Sequence record: MW481326.1
Direction: 5' to 3' (one strand)
DNA: 64,000 nucleotides
Origin: Escherichia phage vB_EcoM-Pr103Blw
This document shows, one piece after another, positions 61,569 to 64,000 of this stretch. The notes under the pieces were generated by a model. The model ran no database searches. It had not been told where the DNA came from and saw only the letters and a program-made list of their open reading frames with translations. The stretch's first letter is position 1, and each line of letters opens with the position of its first letter. Both the position numbers and the translations under genes were made by a program.

Positions 61569-61623
61569 TTTTAATAACTATGAGGGTCGTAAAAGACCCT
61601 CTAAAAATAACTTTGGAGAAACT

Positions 61624-61881
61624 ATGAAAGATTTGATAGCAAACCATGAATGGCCTATATACTTGCTCCACAAACCTCGAAAAACGCTGTACTATGTGAG
61701 TAGCACAGACATGATGATAAAACAAAATGATGACTCATGGGTCGATGGCGTCTCTTACATCTCTACAGCAGATGGTAAAATCTATGCAAGACCTTATGAC
61801 ATGTTTAATAAAGAAAATTGGGAAGTTTTAGGCAGAAAACAAGCCTTAGAGATGATAAAGAAAGGAGAAATCACATTATGA
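61624..61881 (+). CDS. hypothetical protein between nrdA and nrdB
   Basis: Start trimmed to ATG at 61624 after hairpin GAGGGTC-gtaaaa-GACCCTC and RBS GGAGAAACT. Confidence 0.4.
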   Translation: MKDLIANHEWPIYLLHKPRKTLYYVSSTDMMIKQNDDSWVDGVSYISTADGKIYARPYDMFNKENWEVLGRKQALEMIKKGEITL

Positions 61882-62951
61882 TTAACCAACACCCAATCTT
61901 TTTAGGTGGTGAGAGAAAGACATTTGACTCACTTAACAAGCACTACCCAAAAATCTTTGAGCTATATAAACAACAAAAAGCGCAAGACTGGTCAGAAGAT
62001 GAGTTCCCTTTTGAACAATCACGTCTTGATTTTGAGAGTGTGCCAGCATCAATGTCAGGTGTAATGCTTGAGATTCTTAAGTGGCAGTGGGAAGCAGATA
62101 CCCAAGTTGCTAAGAGTTTAGCGTTTGCTTTTGCACCATTCATCTCTGATGACATTTATGCAACTGCAATTATGAAGCAGTCTGAGATTGAAAACTTACA
62201 TGCTCTGACTTACTCAGAGATTGTAAGGCAATGTATTAAAAACCCTGAAACAATCTTAGATGAGATTAACCAGAACATTGCTGTACAAGACCGATTAAAA
62301 ACTGTGAACCGTGTTCTTGAAGAATTGCTGGGTGAAGGTATAAACTATCGACTGAGTTATGTCCGTGACTCACTTCTGGACAAAGACCCTTTACACTTTC
62401 ATAAAGTGATTCTGAAAGGTCTATTTGCAGTGACTGCACTGGAAGGTATATCTTTTATGGCATCCTTTGCATGTACTTTTGCACTTGATGCTCAAGATAA
62501 ATTTCAGGGTATTGCTCAAGCTGTCCAGAAAATTATGCTTGATGAAATCCTTCACACTAAAATTGATATTGAAGTTTTAAAAGAAACTTTAAGAGATGAT
62601 GAGTGGCAAAAAGCTTTCCAACAAATTCTTCCAGAGATTAAAGTAATCTTAGATGAAGTAGTTGAAAGTGAAGAAAAATGGTCGTATTATATCTTCTCCG
62701 AAGGACGTGCTGTAGTTGGTTTAAATACAAAGCTTCTTCATGAGTGGGTTTACTATAATGCTGCCCCACTGTATGATATGTTTGGCATTCCCAGAGATTT
62801 TGTAGCTCCTAAAGAACCACCTTTGAAGTATATGATTAAGAAGATGGAAATTGATAAAGAGCAGAATGCTAATCAGGAGCAACAGAACGGTGCGTATTTA
62901 TTGAATACTGTTGTAGATGATTTGAATAGTGGATTTTTAGAGGTTCCTTAA
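61878..62951 (+). CDS. nrdB: ribonucleotide reductase class Ia small subunit
   Basis: about 357 aa helical ORF after nrdA; start set to ATG at 61878 with RBS AAAGGAGA; call rests on position and size. Confidence 0.6.
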   Translation: MINQHPIFLGGERKTFDSLNKHYPKIFELYKQQKAQDWSEDEFPFEQSRLDFESVPASMSGVMLEILKWQWEADTQVAKSLAFAFAPFISDDIYATAIMKQSEIENLHALTYSEIVRQCIKNPETILDEINQNIAVQDRLKTVNRVLEELLGEGINYRLSYVRDSLLDKDPLHFHKVILKGLFAVTALEGISFMASFACTFALDAQDKFQGIAQAVQKIMLDEILHTKIDIEVLKETLRDDEWQKAFQQILPEIKVILDEVVESEEKWSYYIFSEGRAVVGLNTKLLHEWVYYNAAPLYDMFGIPRDFVAPKEPPLKYMIKKMEIDKEQNANQEQQNGAYLLNTVVDDLNSGFLEVP

Positions 62952-63193
62952 TGACTTATGTAATTTACTCCAAAACTGGATGCCCTCAGTGTGAGACTGC
63001 AAAGAATTTTGCGAAAGCTCGTGGTATTGACCATGTTGTGAGAATGTTAGGGCAGGATTATGAACTGTCAGACCTGATGGATATTGCACAGATGCCAGTT
63101 CGTCAGATGCCATTCATCATGAAAACTGACGGTCAAAACTTAAAACCTGTTGGAACGCTACAGAATTTTATGGCAGAGGTGAATAATGCTTAA
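62951..63193 (+). CDS. glutaredoxin-like redoxin (NrdH/Grx-type)
   Basis: 80 aa with CPQC redox motif near N-terminus, directly after nrdB. Confidence 0.6.
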   Translation: MTYVIYSKTGCPQCETAKNFAKARGIDHVVRMLGQDYELSDLMDIAQMPVRQMPFIMKTDGQNLKPVGTLQNFMAEVNNA

Positions 63194-63392
63194 ACGCCTT
63201 TTGGAAGGTTTGGTTGTTGATGCACCAGCCATTGTGATTGGTATGCTTGTTGTTAACCTATTTACTGATTTTGAACAAGGTTCATTGTTTGGAGCCATGC
63301 TATTATGGGTTATCTTTGAAATATTAGAGATACAGCTAGGCATCACTGAAAAACTAAGAAAACTCGTTTCAAAGTTTTCTAAAAAGATTTAA
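63186..63392 (+). CDS. small membrane protein
   Basis: 68-aa ORF with two hydrophobic segments. Confidence 0.35.
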   Translation: MLKRLLEGLVVDAPAIVIGMLVVNLFTDFEQGSLFGAMLLWVIFEILEIQLGITEKLRKLVSKFSKKI

Positions 63393-63399
63393 AATGAAA

Positions 63400-63421
63400 G
63401 GGTCTCTTCGGAGACCTTTTT
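63400..63421 (+). terminator. Rho-independent terminator GGTCTC-TTCG-GAGACC + TTTTT
   Basis: UUCG tetraloop hairpin plus T5. Confidence 0.65.
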
Positions 63422-63440
63422 AGCATGTAAAGGGGCAATA

Positions 63441-64000
63441 ATGAACAAAGTACAGATTATTAAAAAGAATGGCTCACTTGAAGAACCGGATATCAAAAAA
63501 GTTTTAGCAGCAGTAACTAAGTCAGCTAACAGGGTTGGGTATAAAGAACTCCCACCAGATGTTACCCAAGCTCTTGAGTCAGCATTTATGAGGCTTCTGG
63601 TGAAGTCCACTAAGCAGAATAATTTGCTCATCTCGGTAAATGACATTCACAGTATTGTTGAGGGTGCTTTGGCAGAAGTCAATCACGAGATTTACGAGTC
63701 TTACTCAACATATAGAAATTACCGTAAAGAGGTTGCTCAAAATTGGGATGAGCTTTACCAAAAGACTAGAGACACACTCTTCTTAGGTGACCGTGAAAAT
63801 GCCAACTTTGACAGCAGTTTAATTTCTACAAAAGGTTCAATTATTCGTGGTTATCTGACTAAAGAAATCTTTAAACAATACCATTTAACACCAGAGGAAC
63901 TCGAAGCCATTGAAAAAGGGTTTATCTACATCCATGACTTAAGAGACCTAATCTTTGGTGGTATTAACTGTTGCCTGTTTGACATTGGTAAAGTACTGAA
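63441..64000 (+). CDS. nrdD: anaerobic ribonucleoside-triphosphate reductase (class III), N-terminal part; truncated by window end
   Basis: ATG at 63441 after RBS AAAGGGG; N-terminal ATP-cone-like VQIIKKNGSLEEPDIKKV and GFIYIHDLRD block; ORF open to window end. Confidence 0.5.
   Translation, partial: MNKVQIIKKNGSLEEPDIKKVLAAVTKSANRVGYKELPPDVTQALESAFMRLLVKSTKQNNLLISVNDIHSIVEGALAEVNHEIYESYSTYRNYRKEVAQNWDELYQKTRDTLFLGDRENANFDSSLISTKGSIIRGYLTKEIFKQYHLTPEELEAIEKGFIYIHDLRDLIFGGINCCLFDIGKVL

Overview
This window reads as a segment of a large, AT-rich virulent tailed-phage genome with a contractile-tail (myovirus-like) structural module; assignment to a Felix O1-like lineage is inference only. Layout: (1) 1-1200, a non-coding repeat array; (2) 1.2-8.9 kb, a tightly packed leftward gene string including a GH24 endolysin and an Ig-repeat protein; (3) 9.0-16.4 kb, a Ro60-like TROVE/vWA protein gene followed by about 27 tRNA genes covering all 20 amino-acid specificities, interspersed with repeated structured RNA modules and three protein genes; (4) 16.5-40.3 kb, rightward structural genes from terminase to tail fibers; (5) 40.3-50.3 kb, leftward nucleotide-metabolism and replication genes (thymidylate synthase, DHFR, DNA ligase, family-A DNA polymerase); (6) 50.5-64 kb, rightward replication genes (dNMP kinase, primase-helicase, SSB-like, exonuclease, GIY-YIG protein, NrdA/NrdB, glutaredoxin, partial NrdD). 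The most interesting signal is a candidate phage-encoded Ro60/Y-RNA-like system: the Ro60-like gene sits about 0.3-1 kb upstream of four related stem-loop RNA modules, one of which carries a permuted tRNA-like domain. All calls were made by eye from the sequence and the ORF track; no searches or folding programs were run. tRNA and motif coordinates are approximate (about +/-2 nt), and protein functions rest on motif recognition only.
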